A stretch of DNA of 63,667 nt, filler included, from Reticulomyxa filosa (taxonomy: Eukaryota > Protista > Foraminifera), in the NCBI GenBank assembly GCA_000512085.1. It is 19 parts of 19 records of this genome, joined end to end, with 100 filler letters (N's around TTAATTAATTAA, not from the genome) between each part and the next. Parts side by side here need not be neighbours in the genome. Positions count along the whole stretch, not along the records: positions 51,401 to 52,594 come from ASPP01012769.1; positions 52,695 to 57,570 come from ASPP01021424.1; positions 57,671 to 62,552 come from ASPP01040715.1; positions 62,653 to 63,667 come from ASPP01038920.1; 15 more parts are not named here. One strand, given 5' to 3'. Positions 51,440-63,667 of this stretch are shown here, piece after piece (position 1 is the stretch's first letter; each line of letters starts with the position of its first letter). The notes under the pieces are model-generated. The model ran no database searches, was not told the origin of the DNA, and saw only the letters and a program-made list of their open reading frames with translations. The translations under genes were made by a program, and so were the position numbers.

Positions 51440-52517
51440 ACGGAACATCGCGTCTCAAAGTGTTGTAGAAATCATTGAATTCAGACAAACTAATGTCAGA
51501 TCGAGAGTTTTTCGCTTTGTTCCAAATTGTTTTGACCATGGTTTCTTCCACGCCAATTGCCGACACCAAATTTGTAAACATGGATTCGTTCAGACGCTCT
51601 GATTCATATTCGCTAATGCCCCAGCTCTGTGAGAGTTGACAAGTAATCCCCCCCCCCCCCCGTTTATAATAGTCACATAGACCACACAGACAGACAAGAG
51701 TATGGCTTGGCTTACCAATCGAATACTGCCAACAATTTCTAGCAATTTCAGTACTTCATCCTTATCATATACTTCCTGTTTGATGTAATTTTAAGATTAA
51801 GGTTTGCATGACTCAAAGTGATAAATAAACAAACAAAGCAAAGACAAGATACATTCATAAAGTCGAGTTTTTCATCTGGTAACACTCGCAAGACATCTTT
51901 TCGATCGACAAAGACAGCGCAATTGGCTGGTGAAGAGAAAACTCGGTGACCGCGATATATACCATCGCAATCACCTATCGCCTCCACCAAACGCACACCA
52001 ATCACATGGCTGCTCTCAATTTCGCCGGCCCACTTCACTTGTCCTTTTCGATCTCCGGTCAGTGTCACCACATCTCCAACAGACACAGCCACCGGTGCCT
52101 ATTTGGCGAGACCACATACACATGTGCATTCGTATCACATATATAAACAACTATACAAAAAAAAAAAAATAAAAAAAAAAATAAATAAATAAATTGTAAG
52201 GATATATAAAATGCATAAACCCTCACTCAAACTGGTATTGGCGAGGGCGTGCTATATGCGTTAACATGCGCGGCAGTATTGGTAGTGGATTGATACAACG
52301 GAAAGATAGGAACGCGACTTTCTCCGGATTGTTCTTGTGTCGATGATCGATATTCTTTGTCTCGATCGACTTGAGTCACCAATTCGCTTAGCGTGTGCGA
52401 CCCAACTCTCTTGGACAGCCGAGAACTGCGATACTTTTCTTCTGCCTCTTTCTGTTCTAATGTCAAGCGACGACGTACACGTGGAGATGGAAGCATTCCA
52501 CTGGAGCTTTGTACGTC
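51416..52517 (-). CDS. CAP-Gly domain protein with downstream EF-hand-like segment (partial, multi-exon)
   Basis: VGDVV....RKGQVKWAG......IGVRL....GDCDG...GHRVF......AVFV; ISLSEF downstream. Confidence 0.8.
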
Positions 52518-52694
52518 TTTTATATATATATATATACATATATATGTATATATATATATGTATATGCATATATGTACACATATATACATATATGNNNNNN
52601 NNNNNNNNNNNNNNNNNNNNNNNNNNNNNNNNNNNNNNTTAATTAATTAANNNNNNNNNNNNNNNNNNNNNNNNNNNNNNNNNNNNNNNNNNNN

Positions 52695-53640
52695 CGTGAT
52701 TGGGAGATGATCTGAGCGCACATCCAATTCAACATCATCCGTTCTCCAATTACTAATCAATGGAAAATAGATTGCACTGTCTTTCATGAACGTGCAGTCA
52801 AATGGCAATGTATTGATAATGTGTAATCTATTGGATACAATGAAACCAAGAATACTCCACATCGTCGATGTTATGATCCAATCATGCATGATAATGTGCG
52901 TTCCAATCTCTTCCAATGCAATTCGATCATTTTCATAGCAGATTTTTAGCCCTTCATCATCATTTTCAACTTGCTAAAAAGTTGTTTTTGGAAGGGAATT
53001 GAAGTTGGACTACTCAGATATCTTGAAGTTAATTTTGAGATTTTGAAAGAAAATTTTATTTGGAATTTTCCTGAAGAAAATTGGTTTTAATTGGATAATT
53101 AATTTGGACATTACAAATTTGTTATTTGGAAGAATATTTTTATTGGATTTAATTGATATCATTGAAATTTTCATTGGAATTTTGTTATTTGTATTAAGAA
53201 ATTTGAATATATAGAAAGCATATCATTTGGACGATCAGCCAGGACTCAAAACAGCGATCCAAAGTTTTATTTAAGAAATAATGATTGACAATGCAAACAA
53301 AAGAAGACCATATGTCGAAATCAAACCAATTGAGCGACGAAGTTTGAAAAGATGCGATCAAACAAGAAACAAAAGACTTAAATTTGAACACAGTACTAAA
53401 TAATACAATACGTTACAAAAAGTAACCAACAAATAACATTCAAGCTGAAGATAGAGATTGCATCCTTTTATAACATTTCAAAATAATATCAATTTAACCC
53501 ACAAAACTTTATGTGATTATTACACATTTGATAGCCTTGCCTCACCTCTGTGCAGCTCAGAGGGAATCCAAGGGTACCTTTGGGACCACTCAGACTCTTA
53601 CGAGACTTCAGCAAGTGGTGACGTCGTATGCTTCGAAGGT
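52695..53640 (-). mobile_element. Non-LTR retrotransposon relic: 5' region and APE endonuclease fragment
   Basis: DWNAH...DHN and DVRSDHLPIT motifs; 5' region homologous to 53860-54110 in inverted orientation. Confidence 0.75.
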
Positions 53641-53759
53641 AAATCTCAATCAAATTAAGATTGATAAAATTCAACACTCTCTGTTATCACCAATTACAAA
53701 ATTGAATAAAACTATTGCAATCAAAAAATAAAACAAAAACAAACATAAAAATTGTTGAA

Positions 53760-55440
53760 GCATTTCAAGTCATTGGTTTCCGCGAGCAAGAAAAGGCCTC
53801 TGAAGGCCGGGAGGCCAAAGAAAAATCCCCGAAGACCCTAAAACCAAATTTACTCTTCTCGCATCTGCCGCTGCTTGAAGAGTCTGAGCGAGGTCCCAAA
53901 GGGATCCTTGGATTTCCTCTGAACTCCACAGAGGTGATACAAAGGCCATCAACCGAGTGATGATCACCGAAGCTTGAAGAATAAATTGAAATATTTTTAC
54001 AATGAGATAGATGACACAATTTTGATCTATATTCAAAGAATTTTAAATTAAAACTATAGCTGCAAAATTGAAGCTAGAATATTGTTTGTGTAATATTTAG
54101 TACTGTATTCAATTGTGAGTGAGATATTTGTTTTGCAATATTTTCTTTCTGCGAATTCAATTTATAATATTCTCTCTAAAAAAACCATAAGAAAAGACTT
54201 GAAAGAATGCAAATAATTACAATGTGCAGGATACTTGGAGTGATGCAATCGACAGCGTACGATACATTAAATGTGATATCGCAGATGTCAATATTGGAAT
54301 TTCGAAGACAACAAGAAGAAGTTAAATTATATTACAAATGTATCCGATTCAAGTAAGAAGTTTCCGGATCACAATTTGACAATGGCATATCAATTGTGGA
54401 GAAGCAATCATAAGATGGAAATTGTTTACATTATCAAGAGCATATATTTATGCATCTGAAGTTGGAGTTCCGACGTAAGGCCTGACCAATATCCACACCA
54501 GAGCAAATTGCCAATGCAGATCGCACGACTACCACATCCAACCAAGTCTCCATTTGAGAGATGGATGAAACCAACACAATAAGGGATATTAGATGAAAGA
54601 ACAACTGTAATATTTGCGAATTGTAGTTGCAATTGGAGGAGCAGGATTGGTCATCCAAGATCCATCCTCATCAAAATAGATCGAATAACCACAATGATTG
54701 GAAGTTAGACCGAGGCCATTCGTCAAGCATTGAAATATGTGCAACTGAACCAAAATGACAAAGACGAACGAGTTATGATTCTTTCTGATTTAAATTTGCT
54801 GTGAATGCGATTCACAACAAATGCAATTCAGAGATTTACAATTTTTCTGTTGCTGAAATCTATTGGATTAAGGGGAATTTTGGCATACCTGGAAACGAAC
54901 AAGTAGATGCAGTGCAAAGATTGCAAGACTCCAAGTAGAGTCAGTCAACCTGAATTGTTTAGGATACCAGATAAATCGCTCCGTTTTTAAACTCCATAGA
55001 TTGAATCCATTCTTCACAGAAGAATGGAATCGACATTGGACAAAAGAAGGAAATAATGGAACCCCACAAATGTCCCAAACGATATTTATGCAATCTGATT
55101 GAAGCAGTCATTTGAAAAGATTGTTTTGCACCGGTTGCACGAGTGCAGATATGTTTACAAAGTGACCACAGGTAAAGTTGGATTAAATGGACTCCTGTTC
55201 AAGATTAAAAGATTTTGCAAATGGTGTGAGGATGAAGAAGAAACTGTGGAGCATTTCCTGATGGAATGTCCACATTATCAAGGACTCATAGACTCAGGTA
55301 AGAAACAATCAAGACTTTGGTGCAAACCTGAGAAAATTGGTGATTGGAGACAAAACATTTGAACCTGAAATAAGAACAAAAGTTTTCAAAGAACTTGTGA
55401 AGTTCATCATGGCCAACGAGAAGGAATATTTGAAATTAAT
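53760..55440 (+). mobile_element. Non-LTR retrotransposon relic: 5' region, RT thumb, RNase H and C-terminal CCHC knuckle
   Basis: KRLERMQ...CRILGVMQST...LNV, YWIKG.FGIPGNEQVD and CKWCEDEEETVEHFLMECP. Confidence 0.85.
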
Positions 55441-55719
55441 TTCATTTAACAATTTCTTTATGATATATTGAAGACATTAAATTTTCTTTTAAAATCGTTT
55501 CAGCTAAACCCTTAATTGTTTGTTTGATTTACAAATTGTACTTTTGTTTTGTTTTAATTAGTGCTATGCCCTATTTTAGACCAGGTGCTTTTTCAATTTG
55601 CTTTTGTTTGCACTTTGGGGTTGATGAAAGGGCTAAAAATAGTGATGAGTAGATGATGAAGCAAGAAGTAGTCTGACACCTTCACGCCCTCACAGTGCAA
55701 AAGCTTCAAAAAAATCATG

Positions 55720-57130
55720 GCATATTGTAATTCTTGCTCTAATGCTTGAACATTGAATAATTACTGCAAATTTCGATAGAAACTACATAACAATAATGGT
55801 CCTTTTGACCAGGACACGATATTTCTATTCAACACGATTCATAACCAAATACATTGAATTTATCAGTCATGTTATTAAATGATCGTAATTATGAATGTAA
55901 ATCTCTTTTATCTGAGTCCTTCTTGCAATACACAGATTTGATACTGCTTCTGAGTTGTTCTGGGATACCAATAGACTGCTGATAATAGATCTGCTTGCAA
56001 TTGGTGTTCGCAATGTTAATTCATCTCTTGATCGATTACCGATCCACATCTGGATTAACGTCGAGTTAGTTGATTGCAATAAGGATTTTAATTACTTAAA
56101 TGCTAACTTAATCCTGCCAATTCACGTCTTAGCGATAAGATTTTATCAATTCCTTATTCTGCAGCCTTTGATTATTGTTGTTTTTTCTTGTGTTTTTCTT
56201 TATATTAGTTTTCTTCTTTGGTTTTCAATGTTCATTTCAATCTATCTTTGTCCTTTGGCAGTATCATTTAAGAACAATTCTTTGCTTGCGTCTGCGCATT
56301 TGATTTAATTGGAATGTGCTTATATGCCTTCTTCTTCGGGAATGCCTCTTCCTTTTTTGTCAATTTAATACCAAGCTTTCTCTTGCTTTGCGAATTACAT
56401 CACATTGCAATGAACCGCTCGTATATTTATTACAACTTTTTTGTTTTTGCATTTTGCTGCCTCGTGATTTGCCAATCCGCAATACTTACATAATTTAAGT
56501 TTCTTTGGTCACTCACGAGCAATATGATTCAATCTGTAGCATTTCCTGCATTGCTTGAAATGCAACTTTATACTAATTTGTTTTATCGAATGGTTCTACT
56601 TTCACCATTGAATATACAATCTGAATATCACTGTCTTTCAACATTTTAATGACATTATCAGAATTGTATAGCTTACTTTAACAATTTGCATTTTATAGAA
56701 TTATTTAACTTCTTGTATTTGATATCCCCTTGATTTTACCATCGCTTTCGAAAATCGATACTCCTCGGAGCAAGAAAATGTATGCACTAATACTTTTCTG
56801 GACAACAAGTTCTTGTCTTTCAATCCAATGAACGTAATCACCGATGTTGCTGATTTAAGTTCTTTGGGCTTGATTGGAGTGACTACAATCGCTGTCGTGT
56901 TCGTACACAGTAATTGTCGAACTTGCGTATTTTTCCCAGTTACCAGGAGTTTGCACTTGTTATTCTTAAACAACTTAGGTCAAGATACGCAAGTTTGATA
57001 TGTTAAATTTAAATTGCTGTAACAAATTCTTGGTTGCTGATCGCCATGTTTCTCTAAGTTCTTGATAGAAATATTTCACAGTTTCTTCTTCATCTTCACA
57101 CTATTTACAATTAGCTCTTTTTATCTAGCA
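55720..57130 (-). mobile_element. Non-LTR relic: 3' knuckle fragment followed by gag-like ORF1 and start of APE
   Basis: CK*CEDEEETV (57070-57112); QCRKCYRLNHIARE*P..LCKYCGLANHEAAKC double knuckle (~56450-56560); GYESC*IEI. Confidence 0.75.
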
Positions 57131-58534
57131 TGTTCAATATCTCTTTCAACGTTGGCTCAAACAACCGAATCTTTGAGAATCTTAAAGAATTTTTGACAAC
57201 AAAAAATTACTGATTTAATTAATTGTTTATCAAAATTTAATAGATATTGAAGTATCTGGCCCTTTCAACTAAAATCTATCCAAACAACTTTTTCACAAAA
57301 GTGAATTTTGATAATGAATTGTACTGAACATGAATTTTTTTAATAATTTAATGCTTCTATTTATTTGTTATTACATTGCTTGAATATATTCTTGATAATA
57401 CAGTAGAATGCAAAGTAAAGTTGACACCTAAAATGGCACCTTATAGAGATGATTGATTTTCTTCACGAAAAAACAACATTCAGACCTAATTTTTTTTTAA
57501 AAATATCTACAAATCGTGTACTTTTTAAATATCATTTTGAATTTAGTTTTTTATTACATCTTTCCTAATTNNNNNNNNNNNNNNNNNNNNNNNNNNNNNN
57601 NNNNNNNNNNNNNNTTAATTAATTAANNNNNNNNNNNNNNNNNNNNNNNNNNNNNNNNNNNNNNNNNNNNGTATTCAATATTTACTTCATCGAGTTCAAA
57701 AAGATTATTTCTTTGTAAATTTCATGAGAGATTTTGTTATTGTAAAATCGCATATGATGTAAGTGATTCCAAAATCTCTGTTGTTCGATTCAAGACCCGC
57801 CAGAATCCTTTTTTCAGGAGACATTTTTTTGTAAATTGTCAAACAAAAAGACAGTTTTGTCGTGAAGAATATGATTACCGAAAGCAAGCAACATGATGTG
57901 CGAAAAAATATTTTCTATAAAAAAAAAAATCCTCGAAAACGTTTTTTGTAAAAAAAAAAACTAAAAATTTTTATTTCAAAATTTTGAATATTTCATATAG
58001 TGCTCTCCCCTTCCCTACCTTCTACACTCTTGTGCAGCAGTTGTGACTTTAAAAACGTGTTCCATGCATCGTTGGATGAATGAATAACTATCACACTTAT
58101 ATATGACAGTACATCAAATGTTAATTATTTTGTTCAAAAGAAGACAAAAACAAGTTCTTTGAACAATCAAATATTCTCACAATATTTGGAGATAAAACTA
58201 TTCAAAATTATCATGATAACTTTTTGATCATTTGGAAAACTGTAAAATGATCAATGTACAAAACATCATTCGTTTGTGAAATTGAACAAAGGTCGCTGAA
58301 TTTTTGTTTAATGTAGATACAATGTTATGTGATATTTAATTTTCTTCAGATATCAACTAACTCTTTTTTTTTTCATTCTGAAGGAACAATAAAAAGAGTT
58401 TTGTATTATCAAGAATTTGTTGTCTTTTCTTTTCAAAGACGATGAGGTTTGTTTTTTTTACAAAGAAGAAATAATCACTACTCCAAGAAAGGAATTCAAG
58501 TTCTCTGTGCAAAGATGTAGTTTACTTGCTATCA

Positions 58535-59103
58535 AAGGAAAGACATCACACGTACAGATGTAAAAAAACTGGAACTAAGTCTTCCCTTGTGGTTCATTGT
58601 TTTAATTTATTTTTGATATAATTTTGGTTTGATAAATAACTAAATAACACACAATTGGCTATTTGATAGTCATTTAATTTTAAAAGGAGTCAAAACGGAA
58701 CTTTTTTCCCTTTTTTATTGGATGATTTATGCATTGACATGAAAATAAATAAAAATGATGATAAGATTACAATAATCAGGTGTCGTATCAAATTTCACAT
58801 TAACTATTTTTAAAAAGTAACAGGATACACAATCTTTGATATTTATGAATATTTAAGACTGTTGGTCATTTTATTGAAATTATGGGTCATTTTTTATTTT
58901 TTTTAATCTGTTTTTTGAAAATGACCCGTTTTATTGTAAAATAAACAACTACTTTTTAAAAAAATTTGGATTAATAATGTGATCTGGTTGTTGTATTTTG
59001 ATTTGTTTTGTAAAATAAAGATTATATCAAAACAATAGATTACAAGGGCGAGCTTAGTTCCAGTTTTTTTATTTTCAAAGATGTAATGTCTGTCTTTTAA
59101 GGA
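58535..59103. repeat. About 80-90-bp imperfect inverted repeat pair (58535-58625 and 59015-59103)
   Basis: Shared core taaaaaaactggaactaag....cccttgt....attgtttt on opposite strands. Confidence 0.7.
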
Positions 59104-61439
59104 CAAACCACAAGTCTCTCATACCTGTTTACTCTTGTTAAGGAATAGCGATGAAGTTTTCGTGGCTGCAAGTGAAAGTTTCAGTTGGCATTAGAAAAAC
59201 ATTAAAGAGTTGAAGAAGATTGCATGTAATACAATTAGGACTATCAACCAATTATTACATCTTTTATTTGGAGAATCTTCGAGTGCTTTTGATTTGCATT
59301 TAATGCATTATTGTATTGCCAATGCTTTTAGTTAGATTGAGGAAGCATGCCCATACATGTACTATCCTATGTGATGATAGCGTAAGATTTGTCAAATTTC
59401 TGGCACTTCAACAATTAGCATACGAATTTTACATACAAACAGGCAAATAAATTATGCTAAACACTGGCACAAAGAAAAACATACATCAGCAACTTGTTTG
59501 ATTGCATATGCGTTTTTCAACAGAATTTTAGTTTTTATTTTTTTTTGTATTGTCTTTATTTTCAATGTTATTCTTTAAAAGTACTCTTAGTTTTTTTGAA
59601 CGTGTTTGACTTACAATCTTTAAAAAACAATTGCAGTATTCTACGTGGCCATAAAAAAAAAGAAAAGTGTAGGAGTTGAAGTAACAAAACTAATGTGAAT
59701 GATCTAAATGAAACAAACTCTCTATCAAAAATTGTTGAATACGCATCATAAAAACAGATTTTAATTCATTTTCAAAAAGCAAATCATTTGTTTGACATTG
59801 ATTATGCTTTTAATATCAAAAATCATATATTGAATGACATATTCAAAATAACTACAGTATTTCGCATAATATAGAAATGCGTTTGCCTTTGTGCAAAAGT
59901 ACTCTCTTTTTTGCCCTAGAAAGCACATTGTTGTTGGATCAGAGAAAACTGTTTTTCAGTTGAAAAAACAATGGATTACAAATAAGCAGAATAAAAATAG
60001 ACAATATCATAATCACATAAGATGTGTGACAATTGTCAACATATCTATCTACAGAATCGATTGAATTTTCAATTGGTTTCCACTTCCATATTGGATGCAT
60101 ATATATTGTCACATTACCAATTAACTTAAAGAGATTGTGAATTGTTGTTAATATTTTCTATCTTTTTGCTCCTCCTTATGTAGTAATATAATTTCAGAAA
60201 TAATAAACTTGTGGTTAATGTATGATGAAAATGAGATGCATGTGCCATATTGAAAATTTTTGAAAGGAAAAATAATGATATTGAAAACAAGAAGGATCTG
60301 TAAAAGACAAAATTTATATCACTGTCTTAATGTGTTATTATGATGGCAAAGATTGTCTAATGTTTTGTCACATTTATTTCAAATAACAATAATACAAAGT
60401 GAAGAAGCAACTCGATAATTATAGATTTGACGAATGAATAATAAAGAAATTTTTTTAAATTGAAAAATTATGATAAGTTGAAGAGTTCCTTAAAAAGGGT
60501 CTAGTTCCAAATTTTTTATTTTTGTATGTTGCATCATTTGTTTTCTTCCTTGTTTCCAAAGTTTACAAGGATAGAATTTACACTCCCGGATTGCCGAAGA
60601 GATGCTGTGTACGAAAGTAGTCGAAAGAGTTCAAAGAGACTATGATGATCTTTTTTTCATTGAAAAATATTTTCGACCTATATGCCCAAGATATCAAAAC
60701 AATCAGGCAGCATCAAAGAACAGCTTACAAAGGTCTTTATTTAAGCAGTCATTTGAGAGACTTTGGATTTTTTTCGAGACAGTCAAAACTTTGACTTTTG
60801 CACTGTTTCTGATAATTCTCATCGGCACTTTGCGACAAAATACCAAATATTTTACTTTGAGCATCTTTATGAACATGTGCAATCGGTCCCATAAATAACT
60901 TTGACTTGCTGTTAATTGCCATGTTTTTTTAGTTGCTGACTCCTTTTTCTCTAGTTCTAAGTCGAAAGTAAGTAAATAAAATTGAGGTTTATTAAGTCCC
61001 GCTTGAAATATTTTTCGAAATAGAAAAAAATATGAATGCACCAAAAAAAGTTGAAGCGATTAGATATACCAAATGTGTAATTGTAGGAGTTGGACCAAAA
61101 ATAATTCCCATTATCCGGAAAAAAAGCTCTGTCAATTTTTTTTTAATGGACTGATAGAGAAAATCAATCTTCCCTAAAAAAAACAAAACTAAAGAGAAAA
61201 TTAACAAGAGAAATATTCCTTCCAAAAAAAAAAGTATAAAAAGGAAGTTTTGGCATCATTAGTCAAAACTTTGGTTTGTGCAAACAGAGGGAGCGATCAA
61301 AGTCCAGAAATATAAAAGGAAACTCAGCCACTCAGCGATACGTAAAGTACATCTGTGTTGGCTTTATTCAACGTATTTCCAATAACAATCTATGATAGAT
61401 ACAATCGTATGTTCATTGAACTATTGACTTTGGTCAAAG

Positions 61440-61585
61440 GAGATTGTTGATATGGAGGAATAATTTTTTTGAAGTTTTTACAATTAAAAAAGAATAAAAA
61501 AAAGAGAAAAATCAGTGGCGATATTGGTTGTGGTATTAATTTGTGTTACGGTTCACGTGGGGATTTTATCCGTATCTGGTGGTAG
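61440..61585 (+). pseudogene. WD40 family C-terminal relic
   Basis: LKFLQLKK...GINLCYGSRGDFIRIWW*. Confidence 0.8.
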
Positions 61586-62537
61586 TGAAGACATCTTGTT
61601 GAATGATCAGTATTTTCATTTACACTCTTAATCAACGTGTGGATTCTTCGCTTTCAAAGTTGACTTTAATAATAAAATGTATTAAACAAGCTGTTGATAC
61701 AAAAATTATACAACTGTGGTGTTATTCAAATTCAAATACTTAAACTTAAACAAACAAAATACATTAGTGTCAAAATAAAATTGAACAAATTTCTTCTCAA
61801 TTTCTTTAATAAATATTGGAAATTTGGACTTATAAAATCGATAAAATAGAAGCGTTCTGTTGAATTAAGATATAATTGAAAACATGTTTGATTAGTGGAT
61901 CCATCACGAAGATGAAATGCTCCAGTTTGAATAGTGTATATTTGCTTAGTAATAAGTGCTTGCTCAAATGCTATTCAATTTATACCTCTTCATATGGAAA
62001 TTTCAATTGTTTCAAAAGTAAGTTTATCAATTCTGAGTGCCTGGGAATATGTGGTGATGATTCATTCAATGTATTTGATTTACCATCAACATTTACTTTG
62101 TTTGTACTTCCATGCATTGCATATTTGTTTGAATTGGATGACATAGCCAACCCTTACAATTTGCAACAATTTTTCTCACAAAAACAAAGACATGATTTAT
62201 TATTATCACTGCAATATAATTTTTTGATATTTTCATTGCAGACAATTTCCAATTTAGTTACATTATTAAAATATCTTTTTAACCGTTCTTTATTTTAATC
62301 AAAATTTATTCAATAGCAAACATGCGACAAAATATAAGTGCATCAAAGCACTTTCATCACATGGATGCAATGCGTTCAATAAAATTAATTTTGACCATCG
62401 ATTATTTAAACCACCAAAATTAATTTTGATGTTTTTAAACAAATACGATAAACCTTATAAACAATCACCAAATCCAATAAATTTAAAATTAAAAAATAAC
62501 GAACCAATAAAAAAAAAAAATTAAACAATGCGCCAGG

Positions 62538-62552
62538 CGGCACGGAGTGCCG
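62538..62552. other. Perfect GC-rich hairpin CGGCAC-GGA-GTGCCG at contig end
   Basis: Seen directly in AT-rich surroundings. Confidence 0.6.
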
Positions 62553-63667
62553 NNNNNNNNNNNNNNNNNNNNNNNNNNNNNNNNNNNNNNNNNNNNTTAA
62601 TTAATTAANNNNNNNNNNNNNNNNNNNNNNNNNNNNNNNNNNNNNNNNNNNNTTTTGTTGCAATGGTAACAAGTCGCTTTTTTTTAGGTGCTACTTTTGT
62701 TGTGCTTTGTTTTTCAGAGCCCTTTTCTATAAGATAACGAATATTCTGGATAGTCAATGTATTAAAATATTAGATTTGAAATGAGTTTTTGCTTGTGTTT
62801 GGTCACAATAAAGTGATAAAAAATACACAAAAACATGATCCTGCTAAATATGTTGAATGAAACAACAAAAAATTGATGTCCTCTCTTGAGTATGAAGATA
62901 AATGTACAACGTCAACCTGAATGTTGCCAATGTCAGGAGAGACCACAATAGGCAACGCATTTGTTTAAGACGTGATAACAGCACCGTTTTTTCGAATGGT
63001 GTTGTTGTTTTGAGTGTATTGGGTTTACACTGATTGTCTCTTTCTTTTTCGGCAACTGTTGCATTTTGCAGAGGAGAGCATTGGCGAAAGAACTCTCAAG
63101 AGCGAATCCCATATTGTAGAAGTTTGCGTTGTTAGGTTGTTTGAAGAGAAGAGCCAAAACTACAGTTGTAATGTCCAAGAGAGTTTTTCTAAAAAGGGAA
63201 AACTTTTTTTTCAATAGAAAAATCGTTACTCAAAAATAATGAACCATTCCAAAAAACAATTTTAATTTGCAATTTTCTGTAAATTCGTTTTTTGGAATCA
63301 CAATTGTAGAAATACAATACAAAATTTTGACAATTCTTTTTTTCAAATTTTTTGTAAAAAATGTGAAAATATTCAAAGAAATTACAAATTTACATCTTTT
63401 TTAATAAACATTTATGAGTTGTCCATTTGCGTCTTAACGAAAAAAAGGTCTTTTTTTTTTTGTCGTCTATCAATCCACGTACCAGCTCGTAATTAGGGTG
63501 ATTGCACCCTCTTTCACTGGTATCTCTTTTTTATTTTTGTTTTTTTTATATTCTTCAACTTGAAAATAAAGTGGTTTGATTTTCAACAGTCGTCCACTTT
63601 AAAAAAAATGTCTTTTTTTTTCTGGATGCCGTGCGTCCTTCAACAAAAGAAAAAGAAAATGGGGTAA

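Noticed and set aside
55600-55704. Hairpin with C/D-box-like or SECIS-like words after the LINE 3' end
   Set aside because: Pairing is imperfect, and the inner gatgaa(a)gggctaaaaat also occurs inside the other LINE relic (~52945-52965), so it is probably element debris.
57745-57802. tRNA-Trp-like fragment (TTCCAAA...GTTCGATTC...CCA)
   Set aside because: No acceptor 5' strand or D-arm and wrong spacing; a cloverleaf cannot be folded.
13898-62652. Regularly recurring TTAATTAATTAA motif, and apparent clustering of immune- and ubiquitin-type genes across the window
   Set aside because: The motif is an artificial linker inside N runs. Genes on different contigs are not physically linked, and ORFs containing X are artefacts.

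Overview
This window is not one locus. It is 19 short contigs joined by 18 artificial 100-bp spacers (44 N + TTAATTAATTAA + 44 N), so only within-contig adjacency is meaningful. The DNA is mostly AT-rich eukaryotic sequence in the standard code, with short GT-AG introns full of homopolymers and microsatellites. The gene families (ICSGSxD-type WD40, Kelch-like, RING/TRAF, HEAT-like) and the many pseudogenes suggest the foraminiferan Reticulomyxa filosa or a relative (inference from family recognition, not a database search). One contig (23871-25126) is bacterial. Recognisable genes: a six-gene beta-propeller cluster, G-alpha, FMO, a bacterial-type P-loop kinase, ESS2/DGCR14, a SAM protein, PDAT/LRO1, RING-TRAF, C2H2 and CAP-Gly genes. 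There are also pseudogenes of eRF1, clathrin heavy chain and a RanBP2-type zinc-finger gene, a Tc1/mariner element and several LINE relics. Best candidates for new biology: (1) an NLR-like NACHT-WD40 protein with an N-terminal RelA/SpoT-type nucleotide synthetase domain plus CUE-like and Zn-binding modules; (2) a conserved 33-34 aa phase-0 cassette exon (IQxWIRxLKIKLGWIxDFDK) joined to different beta-propellers, including a Kelch-cassette-WD40 fusion, possibly a cullin-ligase adaptor; (3) an eRF1 exon with about 230 consecutive codons lacking any silent G/C next to a GC3-rich exon; (4) a HEAT-like protein with a CE-clan-like His/Asp/Gln-x5-Cys peptidase signature.
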